Shown: positions 43,448 to 52,991, counted from the first letter of the stretch. The stretch is 58,025 nucleotides of DNA from an uncultured Bdellovibrionales bacterium (GCA_964440305.1 CAYTRS010000001.1:1-58025); one strand, 5' to 3'. The notes: generated by a model from the letters alone, not told the origin. Translations and numbers: made by a program.

Positions 43448-45847
43448 ATGGGAAGAAAGAAAAAACAAAATTCAGAAAAGAGAGATTTGAGTTATAAAGA
43501 AAAATTAAAAAGGGAAGCAAGATTGTCGATCCCGGGAGATGCCAAAAGGAATATACTGGCTATATTTTTGTTTTCTTTGGCCATACTTTTTATACTGGGT
43601 TTTTTTGAAAAAGCCGGAACTTTAGGAAACTATTTTGAAAAAATAGGGAGTTTTCTTTTTGGCTGGGGAAAATGGATTTTTCCCCTGTTTTTGATTTTGA
43701 GCGGAATAGTGCTTCTTTTCAGAAAAAGGTTTTCTTTTTATGTTTTCAAGATTTTCGGAGTAGTTCTGATATTTTTTAGCTTTCTGGGATTTTTCCACGT
43801 TTATCTTAATACAGAAGAAATGCTGGAAATCGCTGCTTCCGGAGGCGGAGGAGGATATGTGGGATATGCCATTGCCATTGCACTTGTCAAAACAACTGGA
43901 GTTTTTGCTGGAACGGTTATTTTGATTGCGATTTTTTTAATGGGAGTAGTTATGGCTTTTAACTTTTCTTTTGCTTGGCTGGCAAGTAAGGTCAGTTTGC
44001 TTAAAAACTTGTTCAAGAAAGAAGAAATAATGGAGGAAAATGAACAAGAAAAAAATAAGTCCGAAGAACCTATCGCCAAAGAGCCCGAAAAAGAATTGGA
44101 AAAAGAGCCTGTCGTAGATATGGAAACGATTGTGGCGGAAAATAATATTAAAAATATAAAGTTTCCTGAAAAAACAAAATTGAATCCTCAGCTTAAAGAA
44201 TCTGGTAAAAATGAAAATCCGGAAATGGATTATGCTCACTTTATTGAAGAAAAAAAACCAATCAAAGGATCGGAAACAAATAAATCAAAATGGATTTTTC
44301 CTCCGCTTAGTCTTTTAAAATATTCATCAAAAAAGCCTGAGGGGGGGAATGTTGATGAAAAAGCTGAAATAATAAAAAAAACACTTGAACAATTCGGTAT
44401 TAAGGTGGAAGATATTGAAAATAAAGTCGGTCCAACTGTAACGCAATACAGTTTTCGCCCCGCTTTTGGAGTAAAATTAAACAGAATTACGGCTCTTAAC
44501 AGTAACTTGGCCCTGGCTTTGGCCGCCAAATCAATAAGAATAGAAGCTCCCATACCGGGAAAATCGCTAGTAGGAATAGAAGTTCCTAATGAAATAGTTG
44601 CTGAAATCAGACTTAGGGAAATTCTGGAGAGCGAACTCTGGCGAAAAGAAAGCAAATCGAACTTAACCATAGCTCTGGGAAAAGACGTTAATGGAGACTA
44701 CATTACCGCCGACCTTGATAAAATGCCCCACCTTATGATCGCAGGAGCCACAAATACCGGAAAAAGTGTTTGTATTAATTCTGTTATTCTTTCTCTACTT
44801 TACCGTAATTCTCCGGAAGATTTGAAATTCATATTGATTGACCCAAAAAGAGTAGAGCTTTCTCTTTATGATAAAATACCCCACCTTATAACAGGGGTTA
44901 TTGTTGAAAACGGAAAAGTTGTTAATGTGCTAAAGTGGGCAATTGGGGAAATGGACAAAAGGTATCAGCTTCTTCAGGACTCAGGTTCAAAGGATATTGC
45001 TTCATACAATCAAAAAGCTCGTTCCGGAACAGTTATAAAATTCACTGATCCGGAAACAAAAAAGCAAGGGGAGAAAAAACTAGGAAAACTCCCATACATT
45101 GTGATAGTAATTGATGAACTTGCCGATCTTATGCTTTCGCACGGAAAAGATGTAGAAGCCGCGATAATCAGAATCGCCCAAATGGCAAGGGCAGTTGGGA
45201 TTCATTTGATTGTTTCCACTCAAAAACCAATAGTAACTGTAGTTACCGGGCTTATCAAATCTAACATTACCACTCGCATAGCCTTTAAAGTTGCATCTCT
45301 TATGGATTCCCGAACCATTTTGGATTATAGCGGAGCAGAAAAGCTCTTGGGCAATGGGGACATGCTATATTTAACATCAAATTTTTCAAGCCCGAAAAGA
45401 ATTCAAGGTGCCCTTGTTTCAGAATCGGAAGTTAAGCAAGTGGTAGATTTTATAAAAAATCAAAAAGTAGGAGAGGATGAAAAAGAAGAAAAAGAAGATA
45501 TTTTAAATTCAGATGGTAACCTTCAGGAAAACTTCAATTTCAGTCCTATAAATATTGATGCCGAAAATTTTGATGAAGACCGATTATACGAAGAAGCTAA
45601 AAAAATAATTATTGAAGCGAAAAAAGCCTCTGCTTCACTTCTGCAGCGCCGTTTAAGGATAGGCTATTCTAGGGCAGCAAGAATGCTGGATTCTCTTGAG
45701 AAAAAGGGGATAATTGGTCCGGCCGATGGATCAAAGCCAAGAGAGATTCTCGTTTTGGAGAATAATTCCTCTGGTTTTAATAAGGAGCTTGAGTATAACA
45801 ATCCTTCAGAAGATCAGGAAATCAGGGATAATAAATGGCAGACGTAA
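43448..45847 (+). CDS. ftsK: DNA translocase FtsK
   Basis: 4-5 N-terminal TM helices, a linker, motor domain HLMIAGATNTGKSV (Walker A) and VIVIDELADL (Walker B), and a C-terminal gamma winged-helix ASASLLQRRLRIGYSRAARMLDSLEKKGIIGP. Confidence 0.88.
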   Translation: MGRKKKQNSEKRDLSYKEKLKREARLSIPGDAKRNILAIFLFSLAILFILGFFEKAGTLGNYFEKIGSFLFGWGKWIFPLFLILSGIVLLFRKRFSFYVFKIFGVVLIFFSFLGFFHVYLNTEEMLEIAASGGGGGYVGYAIAIALVKTTGVFAGTVILIAIFLMGVVMAFNFSFAWLASKVSLLKNLFKKEEIMEENEQEKNKSEEPIAKEPEKELEKEPVVDMETIVAENNIKNIKFPEKTKLNPQLKESGKNENPEMDYAHFIEEKKPIKGSETNKSKWIFPPLSLLKYSSKKPEGGNVDEKAEIIKKTLEQFGIKVEDIENKVGPTVTQYSFRPAFGVKLNRITALNSNLALALAAKSIRIEAPIPGKSLVGIEVPNEIVAEIRLREILESELWRKESKSNLTIALGKDVNGDYITADLDKMPHLMIAGATNTGKSVCINSVILSLLYRNSPEDLKFILIDPKRVELSLYDKIPHLITGVIVENGKVVNVLKWAIGEMDKRYQLLQDSGSKDIASYNQKARSGTVIKFTDPETKKQGEKKLGKLPYIVIVIDELADLMLSHGKDVEAAIIRIAQMARAVGIHLIVSTQKPIVTVVTGLIKSNITTRIAFKVASLMDSRTILDYSGAEKLLGNGDMLYLTSNFSSPKRIQGALVSESEVKQVVDFIKNQKVGEDEKEEKEDILNSDGNLQENFNFSPINIDAENFDEDRLYEEAKKIIIEAKKASASLLQRRLRIGYSRAARMLDSLEKKGIIGPADGSKPREILVLENNSSGFNKELEYNNPSEDQEIRDNKWQT

Positions 45848-45897
45848 AATACGGCAAGTTAATTGATTTTTTAGTCCAAAATTGGTAGCATAAAATT

Positions 45898-46884
45898 ATG
45901 GCGAAAAGCGAATTTGTCAGAAAAAGCATCGGCACATTGACGTTGGGGGAAAAGCTGAGAAAAGTCAGGAGTGAAAAAAGAATTACCCTAAATGAAGTTT
46001 CAAAAAATACTAAAATTCAAAATAAATACCTGGAATTTTTGGAAAACGGAGAATATGACAAATTGCCCAGCGATGTTTATGTTAAAGGATTTTTAAGAAG
46101 CTATGCTTATTATCTGGGGATAGAAGAAAGTATTTTGATAAAGCTTTATGAGAGGGAAAAAAACATAAACAAGGTAATTAAAAAAGGAAACGACCGAGAA
46201 AAGCCGGCGAAACCAATAAAGCTTTCCACCTTTGCCATAACTCCGAGAATGATTTTTCTTCTTGCGGTTTCCTTGCTTGTTTTTTTAGGATTTTCCTATC
46301 TTTACAGAGAAGCCAATTTGTTTTTTTCCAGTCCCCGGCTTATTATTTTAGAGCCGGAGGATAATTCTGAAGTCAATGAAGACCTGGTAAAGATAGAAGG
46401 AATTTCAGAGAAAGACTCAGAAGTCTCGATAAACGGCCAGAATGTCTTGGTGGACGAAGATGGAAAATTTTCCGGAACCTTGAGCCTCCAAAGCGGAATA
46501 AATAGCATTGTTATTAGGTCAAAAAACAGATTTGACAAGGAATCCGCCAAAACAATTTCAATTAACAATAGCCGAAAAATAGAAGCCGAAAATAGCGCTG
46601 AAGAGGGAATAAATGAATCCGGAGTAAATGCGGAACCAAATAGCAAGCTTATGCTTGAAGTTCTTGTTTCTTCCGATCCAACTTGGATTTCCATTGAAGC
46701 GGACGGCAATCTGGTTTTTAGCGGGACACTTGCCCCTGATATTGTGAAAAAATTCGAAGCCAAAGAAGAATTTTCCATATCTTCCGGAAAAGGAAAAAGT
46801 ACTCACATAAAAGTAAACGGGGAAGACAGGGGAGTAATCAGTGAAAGTGCGGGATCGGTGGAAAAAGTAATTATAAAAAAGTAA
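45898..46884 (+). CDS. RodZ-like protein (HTH + TM + C-terminal beta domain)
   Basis: LGEKLRKVRSEKRITLNEVSKNTKIQNKYLEFLENGEYDKLPSDVYVKGFLRSYAYYLG is the typical RodZ N-terminus. A single TM follows. Confidence 0.65.
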   Translation: MAKSEFVRKSIGTLTLGEKLRKVRSEKRITLNEVSKNTKIQNKYLEFLENGEYDKLPSDVYVKGFLRSYAYYLGIEESILIKLYEREKNINKVIKKGNDREKPAKPIKLSTFAITPRMIFLLAVSLLVFLGFSYLYREANLFFSSPRLIILEPEDNSEVNEDLVKIEGISEKDSEVSINGQNVLVDEDGKFSGTLSLQSGINSIVIRSKNRFDKESAKTISINNSRKIEAENSAEEGINESGVNAEPNSKLMLEVLVSSDPTWISIEADGNLVFSGTLAPDIVKKFEAKEEFSISSGKGKSTHIKVNGEDRGVISESAGSVEKVIIKK

Positions 46885-46910
46885 TCAATAAATTTTTTTA
46901 AGTTAATCTT

Positions 46911-47915
46911 ATGGCCAAAAGCTCTACAGAAAAAAACAAGGGAGAAATAAGCGATGTTGACAAAGTAGTTGAAGAAATTAAAGATAAATTTGGAGAAGGA
47001 ATGATCATGAAACTGGGGGATGTTCGGAAAGTGGATGTGGAGGCGATCCCGACCGGATCCATCTCATTGGATATCGCCTTGGGAATAGGCGGAGTGCCGA
47101 GGGGAAGAGTTGTTGAAATTTATGGTCCTGAATCTTCCGGAAAAACCACGCTTGCTCTTCATGTCATTGCTAATGCCCAGAAAACCGGAGGGACAGCAGC
47201 TTTTGTAGATGCAGAACATGCGCTTGACCCGGAATATGCCAAAAAAATAGGGGTTAAAATAAACGACCTTCTTATTTCCCAGCCGGATACTGGAGAACAG
47301 GCATTGGATATTGTCGAAACACTGGTTCGTTCCGGAGCGGTGGACATCATTGTTGTTGATTCGGTAGCGGCGCTTGTTCCCAGGGCGGAAATTGAAGGGG
47401 ATATGGGCGATCAGCATATCGGAAGGCAAGCGAGATTAATGTCCCAAGCTCTGCGCAAACTCACGGCAATAATCGCAAAATCAAGAACTATCGTGATTTT
47501 CATCAATCAAATCAGGATGAAAATAGGCATAATGTTTGGAAATCCGGAAACTACGACCGGCGGGCAGGCTTTGAAATTTTATTCTTCTGTAAGAATTGAA
47601 GTGCGCCGAAGCGCCCAGATTAAGAAAGGAGAAGAAGTAGTGGGAAACAGAACTAAGGCAAAAATAGTTAAAAATAAAGTAGCTCCCCCGTTCAAGACGG
47701 CGGAATTTGATATTATGTATAACGAGGGAATTTCTTGGAGCGGAGATCTTTTAGACTGTGCGGTGAAATATGAAGTGATTTTAAAATCTGGAAATTCCTA
47801 TGCTTTTGAAGGAGAAAAACTCGGAACCGGAAGGGAAAACGCCAGAGTTTACCTCAAAGACAATCCAAAAACTGCTTCAAAAATAGTGCATAAAATAAAG
47901 GAAAAGATAAAATAG
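46911..47915 (+). CDS. recA: Recombinase A
   Basis: [41 protein letters not shown] and [22 protein letters not shown]. Confidence 0.95.
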   Translation: MAKSSTEKNKGEISDVDKVVEEIKDKFGEGMIMKLGDVRKVDVEAIPTGSISLDIALGIGGVPRGRVVEIYGPESSGKTTLALHVIANAQKTGGTAAFVDAEHALDPEYAKKIGVKINDLLISQPDTGEQALDIVETLVRSGAVDIIVVDSVAALVPRAEIEGDMGDQHIGRQARLMSQALRKLTAIIAKSRTIVIFINQIRMKIGIMFGNPETTTGGQALKFYSSVRIEVRRSAQIKKGEEVVGNRTKAKIVKNKVAPPFKTAEFDIMYNEGISWSGDLLDCAVKYEVILKSGNSYAFEGEKLGTGRENARVYLKDNPKTASKIVHKIKEKIK

Positions 47916-47923
47916 CAAAAAAT

Positions 47924-48409
47924 ATGTTTAACAGAACGGCAAAAGTAGCCTTCTTGCTGATTTTTCTGGGAATAATTTTATTTCCGCGGGTTTCTCTAGG
48001 TCAAATTTGTATTGAAGGGGAAGAAGGGGTTGTTCCTTGCGGACGGAGTTGTGATGTAGAATCTACTCCGGGAGATGAAACTGCTCCTTGTACGCTTTGC
48101 CATCTAATTGTAGGAATAAAGGCTTTAATTGACTTCGGGATGAAAATTTTGGTTTACGCGGCAATTTTGGTAATTGTCATAGCAGGCATATTTTATATTG
48201 TTTCAACAGGAAATACGGAAATGATGGCCAAGGCGAAAAAAACTCTTTGGAACGTGCTTACCGGCTTTGCTTTAGTCTTGGGCGCGTGGCTTATTGTGAA
48301 TGTTGTTTTAGTTTGGCTTTTGCCTACCCGGGAAGACTTTGGAATAGAAAGGACTTCCTGGAGTGATATTGAATGTTCCACGGAAAGTTCGGTGGTCTTG
48401 CCAGAATAA
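47924..48409 (+). CDS. VirB2-like 'T4SS pilin' family protein with Cys-rich head
   Basis: Signal peptide, a 6-Cys head (CIEGEEGVVPCGRSCDVESTPGDETAPCTLC), then VIAGIFYIVSTGNTEMMAKAKKTLWNVLTGFALVLGAWLIV. Same pattern as 4459 and 19031. Confidence 0.65.
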   Translation: MFNRTAKVAFLLIFLGIILFPRVSLGQICIEGEEGVVPCGRSCDVESTPGDETAPCTLCHLIVGIKALIDFGMKILVYAAILVIVIAGIFYIVSTGNTEMMAKAKKTLWNVLTGFALVLGAWLIVNVVLVWLLPTREDFGIERTSWSDIECSTESSVVLPE

Positions 48410-48495
48410 AAGTTTCATAGTACTATTAAGTATAATAAAATACGAGAAAGTCCCGATTTATCTCGCCCTCTGAAGAGGAAGGATAGGATAAAGGC

Positions 48496-48533
48496 AATCC
48501 GCTGGATAAGGGCTTTCTTGGCGGATTTTTTTA
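48496..48533 (+). terminator. Possible terminator or attenuator hairpin upstream of rpsF
   Basis: aatccgc...gcggatt stem with a long loop, followed by T7. Confidence 0.4.
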
Positions 48534-48555
48534 ATTTATTTAAGCTGTGAAAATT

Positions 48556-49014
48556 ATGCAATACGAAATCTGTTTTCTAACGGGAGAATCCAAAGAAGCG
48601 GAGCTTTCTAAAATCAAGGGAGAAATAAGGGAAATAATTGAAAAAGAAGGAGGAAAAATTTCCGATGCTGAATTTTTCGAAAAAAGAAAGATGGCCTATA
48701 GGGTAAAGGGAGAGGTAAGAGGAACTTATACCGCTTGGCGTTTTGATTTTGAAAAAAATGAAGATTCGGAGAAAGATCAGGATGCGATAGAAAGCATTAC
48801 CAGGAAAATAAACCTGAATTCAAATATTCTGCGCTTTATAATCGTGAAAGCTGAAGAGTTTTCTCAGATGATTCTGGAAGAAAAGAAGGGAAGCAAAGAA
48901 AAGAAAATTCCAAAAGAAGAAGTTAAAAAAACTGTTTCTCCTGATGAGAAAAAAACGGAAAAAGCTTCAGAGGACAGCATCGACAAAAAATTGGAAGAAA
49001 TACTTAACATATAA
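48556..49014 (+). CDS. rpsF: 30S ribosomal protein S6 with Lys/Glu-rich C-terminal tail
   Basis: MQYEICFL...KRKMAYRVKGEVRGTYTAWRFDF matches the S6 core. Synteny rpsF-ssb-rpsR. Confidence 0.8.
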   Translation: MQYEICFLTGESKEAELSKIKGEIREIIEKEGGKISDAEFFEKRKMAYRVKGEVRGTYTAWRFDFEKNEDSEKDQDAIESITRKINLNSNILRFIIVKAEEFSQMILEEKKGSKEKKIPKEEVKKTVSPDEKKTEKASEDSIDKKLEEILNI

Positions 49015-49074
49015 TTTCCTAAGCAGGCTCTCAAGCAGAGTGTCGTGTTGCGAAACTCAAGAGCCAAGAAAAAT

Positions 49075-49557
49075 ATGAATGTTAATAAAGCTATTTTAGT
49101 GGGAAATGTTACCCGCGATCCGGAAATCCGCACCACGCAATCCGGACAAACTGTGGCGGCTTTCGGGCTTGCCACCAACCGCTATTGGACCGGAAAAGAC
49201 GGCCAAAAGCAGGAGCAAGTTGAATTTCACAATGTTGTTCTATGGGGAAGGCTTGCGGAAATCGCCGGACAATATTTGACTAAAGGACAGTCGGTTTATA
49301 TAGAGGGAAGGATTCAGACTAGAACCTATACCGCCAAAGACGGAACAGAAAAAAGGATAACGGAAATAGTCGGAGAAAATATGCAGCTAGGAAGCAGACG
49401 TCAGGGGGGATATTCCTCTCCTGGTTCTCAACAACCTGCCCAATCCGCAAAATCTTTTAATAAAGACCAAAACCAAGAAACTGCCAAAGAAGAAATTCCC
49501 ACTATTAATCTGGAAGATGAGAGAGAAGAAGTGAAAATCAGCGATGTCCCATTTTAA
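49075..49557 (+). CDS. ssb: Single-stranded DNA-binding protein
   Basis: MNVNKAILVGNVTRDPEIRTTQSGQTVAAFGLATNR...EFHNVVLWGRLAEIAGQYLTKGQSVYIEGRIQTR, a Gly/Gln-rich linker, and an acidic tail ending in DVPF. Confidence 0.88.
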   Translation: MNVNKAILVGNVTRDPEIRTTQSGQTVAAFGLATNRYWTGKDGQKQEQVEFHNVVLWGRLAEIAGQYLTKGQSVYIEGRIQTRTYTAKDGTEKRITEIVGENMQLGSRRQGGYSSPGSQQPAQSAKSFNKDQNQETAKEEIPTINLEDEREEVKISDVPF

Positions 49558-49586
49558 CAATTAATCAATAATAAATTATTATTTTT

Positions 49587-49793
49587 ATGGAAAGGAAAAT
49601 TTGCCAGTTTTGCGACCAAAAAATCAAAGCTATTGATTATAAAGACGCTTATTTTTTGCGCCGTTTCATGAATTCTCAGGGAAAGATTTATCCCCCGAAA
49701 AAGTTTGGAATATGCACTAAGCATCAAAGACTTCTAGCTCAAGCGATAAAAAGAGCCCGTGTTATGGCGCTGGTGCCTTTTGTGATAAAGTAG
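49587..49793 (+). CDS. rpsR: 30S ribosomal protein S18
   Basis: CQFC...IDYKD...LRRFMNSQGKIYPPKKFGICTKHQRLLAQAIKRARVMALVPF. Confidence 0.88.
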   Translation: MERKICQFCDQKIKAIDYKDAYFLRRFMNSQGKIYPPKKFGICTKHQRLLAQAIKRARVMALVPFVIK

Positions 49794-49926
49794 CGGCACG
49801 AATTCCGCAAATTCATACGGAATGAAACAAATGTATGTTTATTATTTTCGCTACGCAAGCACTTTAATTCAGCCACCGCCTATGGCGGGGAATTTGAAAT
49901 TTAGATTCTAGAATTCAACTAAGTTT

Positions 49927-50484
49927 ATGCTAGGAATAAATGAAATAAAAACAGGAAAAAATGTAATTTTAAACGGTGATCCCTATGCCGTACTTTATCA
50001 GGAGCATTCCAAAATGGGACGCGCGGGAGCAGTGCTTAGGACGAAGCTTAAAAATTTGACAAATGGATCGGTATTGGAAAAAACTTTTCAAGGAGCGGAA
50101 AAAGTGGAAGAAGCGGAAATAGCAAAATCAAAAGCTCAGTACCTTTATCGGGAAGGAGAAAATTTCTTTTTTATGGATACGGAAAACTATGACCAATTTT
50201 CTTTGCCGGAGAAAGTTTTGGGAAGCGCGACGCTTTACTTGATTGAAGGAACGGAAATGGAAGTGCTGAATTTTAATGGCAATCCAATCAATGTAGAGCT
50301 TCCAATAAAAATGAAGCTTAGGATAAAAGAAGCTCCCCCGGGAATCAAGGGTGATACGGCTTCCAGCGGGGGAAAGGTAGTGATTCTTGAAACCGGACTT
50401 AAAATCAATACCCCTCTTTTTCTAAAAGAAGGAGATGAGGTAATTGTTAATACCGAACGAGGAGAATATGTTTCCAGAGCGTAG
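49927..50484 (+). CDS. efp: Elongation factor P (Arg at the modified loop tip)
   Basis: INEIKTGKNVILNGDPYAVLYQEHSKMGRAGAVLRTKLKNLTNG... with the typical three-domain length (185 aa). Confidence 0.9.
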   Translation: MLGINEIKTGKNVILNGDPYAVLYQEHSKMGRAGAVLRTKLKNLTNGSVLEKTFQGAEKVEEAEIAKSKAQYLYREGENFFFMDTENYDQFSLPEKVLGSATLYLIEGTEMEVLNFNGNPINVELPIKMKLRIKEAPPGIKGDTASSGGKVVILETGLKINTPLFLKEGDEVIVNTERGEYVSRA

Positions 50485-50560
50485 GGGAGCAGTTGATAGT
50501 TACTGTCATGGATTATAAAACAAATCTCTGTGCTATAAATTTTATAGCCCGGGGATAAAT

Positions 50561-50590
50561 AAAAAATTCCGATAAATCGGAATTTTTTAT
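50561..50590. terminator. Bidirectional rho-independent terminator
   Basis: aaaaaattccga-taaa-tcggaatttttt: a 12-bp perfect stem flanked by an A-run and a T-run. Confidence 0.65.
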
Positions 50591-50626
50591 TTGGAAGAAT
50601 TTTTGAGCAGATGGCAGCTAGTTTGT

Positions 50627-50782
50627 CTAAAAAAGATTCATGTTATTAAATAGCGTTACCACCAGGAGAGGTATTGTGGATAAAAGAATTGCAAATTGCA
50701 TTTCTTCTTCCGCAGCCTCTTTTATTGCTCTTTCCTGGCAATGCGGGCAGTCAGGACCCTTGCATTGTTTTTCTGTTTCCAT
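50627..50782 (-). CDS. Possible small (51 aa) Cys-motif membrane protein
   Basis: Not in the ORF track. The reverse strand gives METEKQCKGPDCPHCQERAIKEAAEEEMQFAILLSTIPLLVVTLFNNMNLF*: CxxxxCxxC, an amphipathic helix and one TM. Followed by the 50561 terminator. Support is weak. Confidence 0.3.
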   Translation of the reverse strand: METEKQCKGPDCPHCQERAIKEAAEEEMQFAILLSTIPLLVVTLFNNMNLF

Positions 50783-50812
50783 ACTTTTATTTTTGTTAAT
50801 AATTAGCTAATT

Positions 50813-50841
50813 AAAAGAAAAAAACGGGAGACCACCCGTTT
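50813..50841 (-). terminator. Minus-strand-oriented rho-independent terminator with no annotated gene upstream of it
   Basis: On the minus strand: aaacggg-tggtct-cccgttt followed by TTTTTTTCTTTT. Confidence 0.5.
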
Positions 50842-50892
50842 CTTTATATTACTATTATAGCAGATCTGAAGGGGAAAGTCAAATGTAAAATA

Positions 50893-50958
50893 GTTTATAA
50901 AGTTCTTAAAGTTATAAGGTTATAAAGTTTTCCTAATGTGCTTTATAACTTTATAAAC
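50893..50958. repeat. TATAAAGTT-word direct/inverted repeat array
   Basis: gtttataaagttcttaaagttataaggttataaagtt ... ctttataactttataaac. The right arm is the reverse complement of the left-arm words. Confidence 0.65.
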
Positions 50959-51026
50959 ATGATAAACTTTTTAGCTGTTTAATATTCTAGACATCTAACC
51001 TTACAAGCTGTATCATGGAATGTGGT

Positions 51027-52991
51027 ATGAAATTTGAACTCAACTCAAAATTTAAGCCGGCAGGAGACCAAAAGCAGGCGATTGAGAAACTTACAAAAGG
51101 AATTGAAACCGGAAAGAAGTTCCAGACGCTTTTGGGCGTGACTGGATCTGGAAAAACCTTTACCGTTGCAAATGTCATACAGAAAATACAGAAGCCGGCT
51201 TTGGTTATCGCTCCGAACAAAACTCTCGCGGCGCAGCTTGCTCAAGAATTCCGGATTTTCTTTCCAAAAAACGCGGTGGAATATTTTGTTTCTTACTATG
51301 ATTACTACCAGCCGGAAGCCTACATTTATTCAACTGACACCTACATTGAGAAGGAAGCACAGATAAATGATGAGATAGACCGTTTGCGCCACAGCGCGAC
51401 TGCCTCGCTTCTCTCCAGAAACGATGTAATTATCGCAGCAAGCGTTTCCTGTATCTATGGCCTGGGAAGCCCGGAATATTACCGTGATATCTCTTTGATG
51501 ATAAAAAGGGGAGAAAAAATTTTCCGTGAAGATTTGATTAGGAAACTTGTGGAAATGCACTACATTCGCACGGATATTCTTTCGCGGGGAAAATTCCGAG
51601 CCACTGGAAATACTATTGAAATAATGTCTCCAGCGCGGGAAATAGTAAATAGGCTTGAGCTTCAAGAAGACAAAATAAAAAAAATTTCCCAATTCGATTT
51701 TCTGACCGGAGAAAATCTTGGAACGCTTGATTCAATTCTCGTTTATCCCGCCAAGCATTTCGTCGTTCCGGAGCCGGTGATGGAAAGCGCAATTCAAAGA
51801 ATAGAAAAAGAATTGACAGAGAGACTCAGTTATTTCAGAAAAAATAATTTGCTTCTGGAAGCGGAGAGGCTGGAGCGGAGAACAAAGCAGGATATTGAAA
51901 TGATGCGGGAGATTGGATATTGCAACGGAATTGAAAATTACTCGCTTTATCTTACTGAAAGGAATTCGGGAGAGCCGCCATATACCTTAGTTGACTACTT
52001 TCCGAAAGACTTTTTGCTGGTAATTGACGAATCTCATGTAACAGTGCCTCAGCTTAACGGAATGTATAATGGGGACTATTCCCGCAAAAAAGCATTGGTT
52101 GACAACGGCTTCCGGCTTCCGAGCGCGTTTGACAATCGTCCTTTGAAGTTTCCAGAGTTTCAGGAAAAAATAAACAAGGTAATTTTCACTTCGGCAACTC
52201 CCGCAAAATATGAGGCGGAAAAATCCGGAAAAGATGGCTTTGCGGAGCAAATTATTAGGCCTACGGGACTTATTGATCCGGAATTGGAAGTCAAATCTGC
52301 CAAGGGGCAGGTAAAAGACGTGCTTTTGGAAATTAAGAAAGTTGCGGAAAGGGAAGAAAGAATTTTGATTACCACCCTTACCAAGAAAATGGCGGAAGAT
52401 CTTTCTGATTATTTCAAGGAAAATAAAATAAAATCTGAATATTTGCATTCCAACGTTGATACCCTAGACAGAATTAGAATTTTGGAAAATTTACGCAGGG
52501 GGAAGTTTGATGTTCTTGTTGGAGTTAACCTTTTACGTGAAGGGCTGGATCTTCCCGAAGTTTCCTTGGTTGCGATTCTGGATGCCGATAAAGAGGGTTT
52601 TTTGCGGAGCGAAACCTCGCTTATCCAGACCATCGGTCGCGCGGCAAGAAATATCAATGGGAAAGTGATTCTTTATGCTGACAGAGTTACTGGTTCAATG
52701 AAAAGGGCTATTTCGGAAACCAATCGCAGGAGAAAACTTCAAATGGAATATAATAAAGTGCACGGTATAACCCCGCAAACAATCAAAAAGAAGATTGAGT
52801 CTATTGTTGATCATGAAATAAATCCAGAACCGATTGCGGATTTCACCCAACTTGAAAAATTGGAAAACATTTCTGGATATTTAAAGCAAAGGGAAAAAGA
52901 GATGAAGGATGCTGCCCGTAATTTGGAATTTGAACGTGCGGCAATTATCAGGGATGAAATAGGGCAACTGCGCAAATTGCAGTTGAAATAA
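51027..52991 (+). CDS. uvrB: Excinuclease ABC subunit B
   Basis: FKPAGDQKQAIEKL, LLGVTGSGKTFT, VSYYDYYQPEAY, DESHVT, helicase C motifs, and the C-terminal UVR domain LEFERAAIIRDEI. Confidence 0.92.
   Translation: MKFELNSKFKPAGDQKQAIEKLTKGIETGKKFQTLLGVTGSGKTFTVANVIQKIQKPALVIAPNKTLAAQLAQEFRIFFPKNAVEYFVSYYDYYQPEAYIYSTDTYIEKEAQINDEIDRLRHSATASLLSRNDVIIAASVSCIYGLGSPEYYRDISLMIKRGEKIFREDLIRKLVEMHYIRTDILSRGKFRATGNTIEIMSPAREIVNRLELQEDKIKKISQFDFLTGENLGTLDSILVYPAKHFVVPEPVMESAIQRIEKELTERLSYFRKNNLLLEAERLERRTKQDIEMMREIGYCNGIENYSLYLTERNSGEPPYTLVDYFPKDFLLVIDESHVTVPQLNGMYNGDYSRKKALVDNGFRLPSAFDNRPLKFPEFQEKINKVIFTSATPAKYEAEKSGKDGFAEQIIRPTGLIDPELEVKSAKGQVKDVLLEIKKVAEREERILITTLTKKMAEDLSDYFKENKIKSEYLHSNVDTLDRIRILENLRRGKFDVLVGVNLLREGLDLPEVSLVAILDADKEGFLRSETSLIQTIGRAARNINGKVILYADRVTGSMKRAISETNRRRKLQMEYNKVHGITPQTIKKKIESIVDHEINPEPIADFTQLEKLENISGYLKQREKEMKDAARNLEFERAAIIRDEIGQLRKLQLK

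Noticed and set aside
48436-48460. A 'GAGAAAGTCCCG' string resembling the RNase P RNA CR-I motif (GGAAAGUCCGGGC).
   Set aside because: The spacer is only 146 nt, far too short for RNase P RNA, and none of the other conserved regions are present.
50675-50683. A perfect DnaA box (TGTGGATAA) in the efp-uvrB gap as an origin marker.
   Set aside because: It is a single isolated box lying inside a candidate small ORF. There is no cluster, no adjacent DUE, and no strand-polarity switch here. One perfect 9-mer in 58 kb of AT-rich DNA is plausible by chance.
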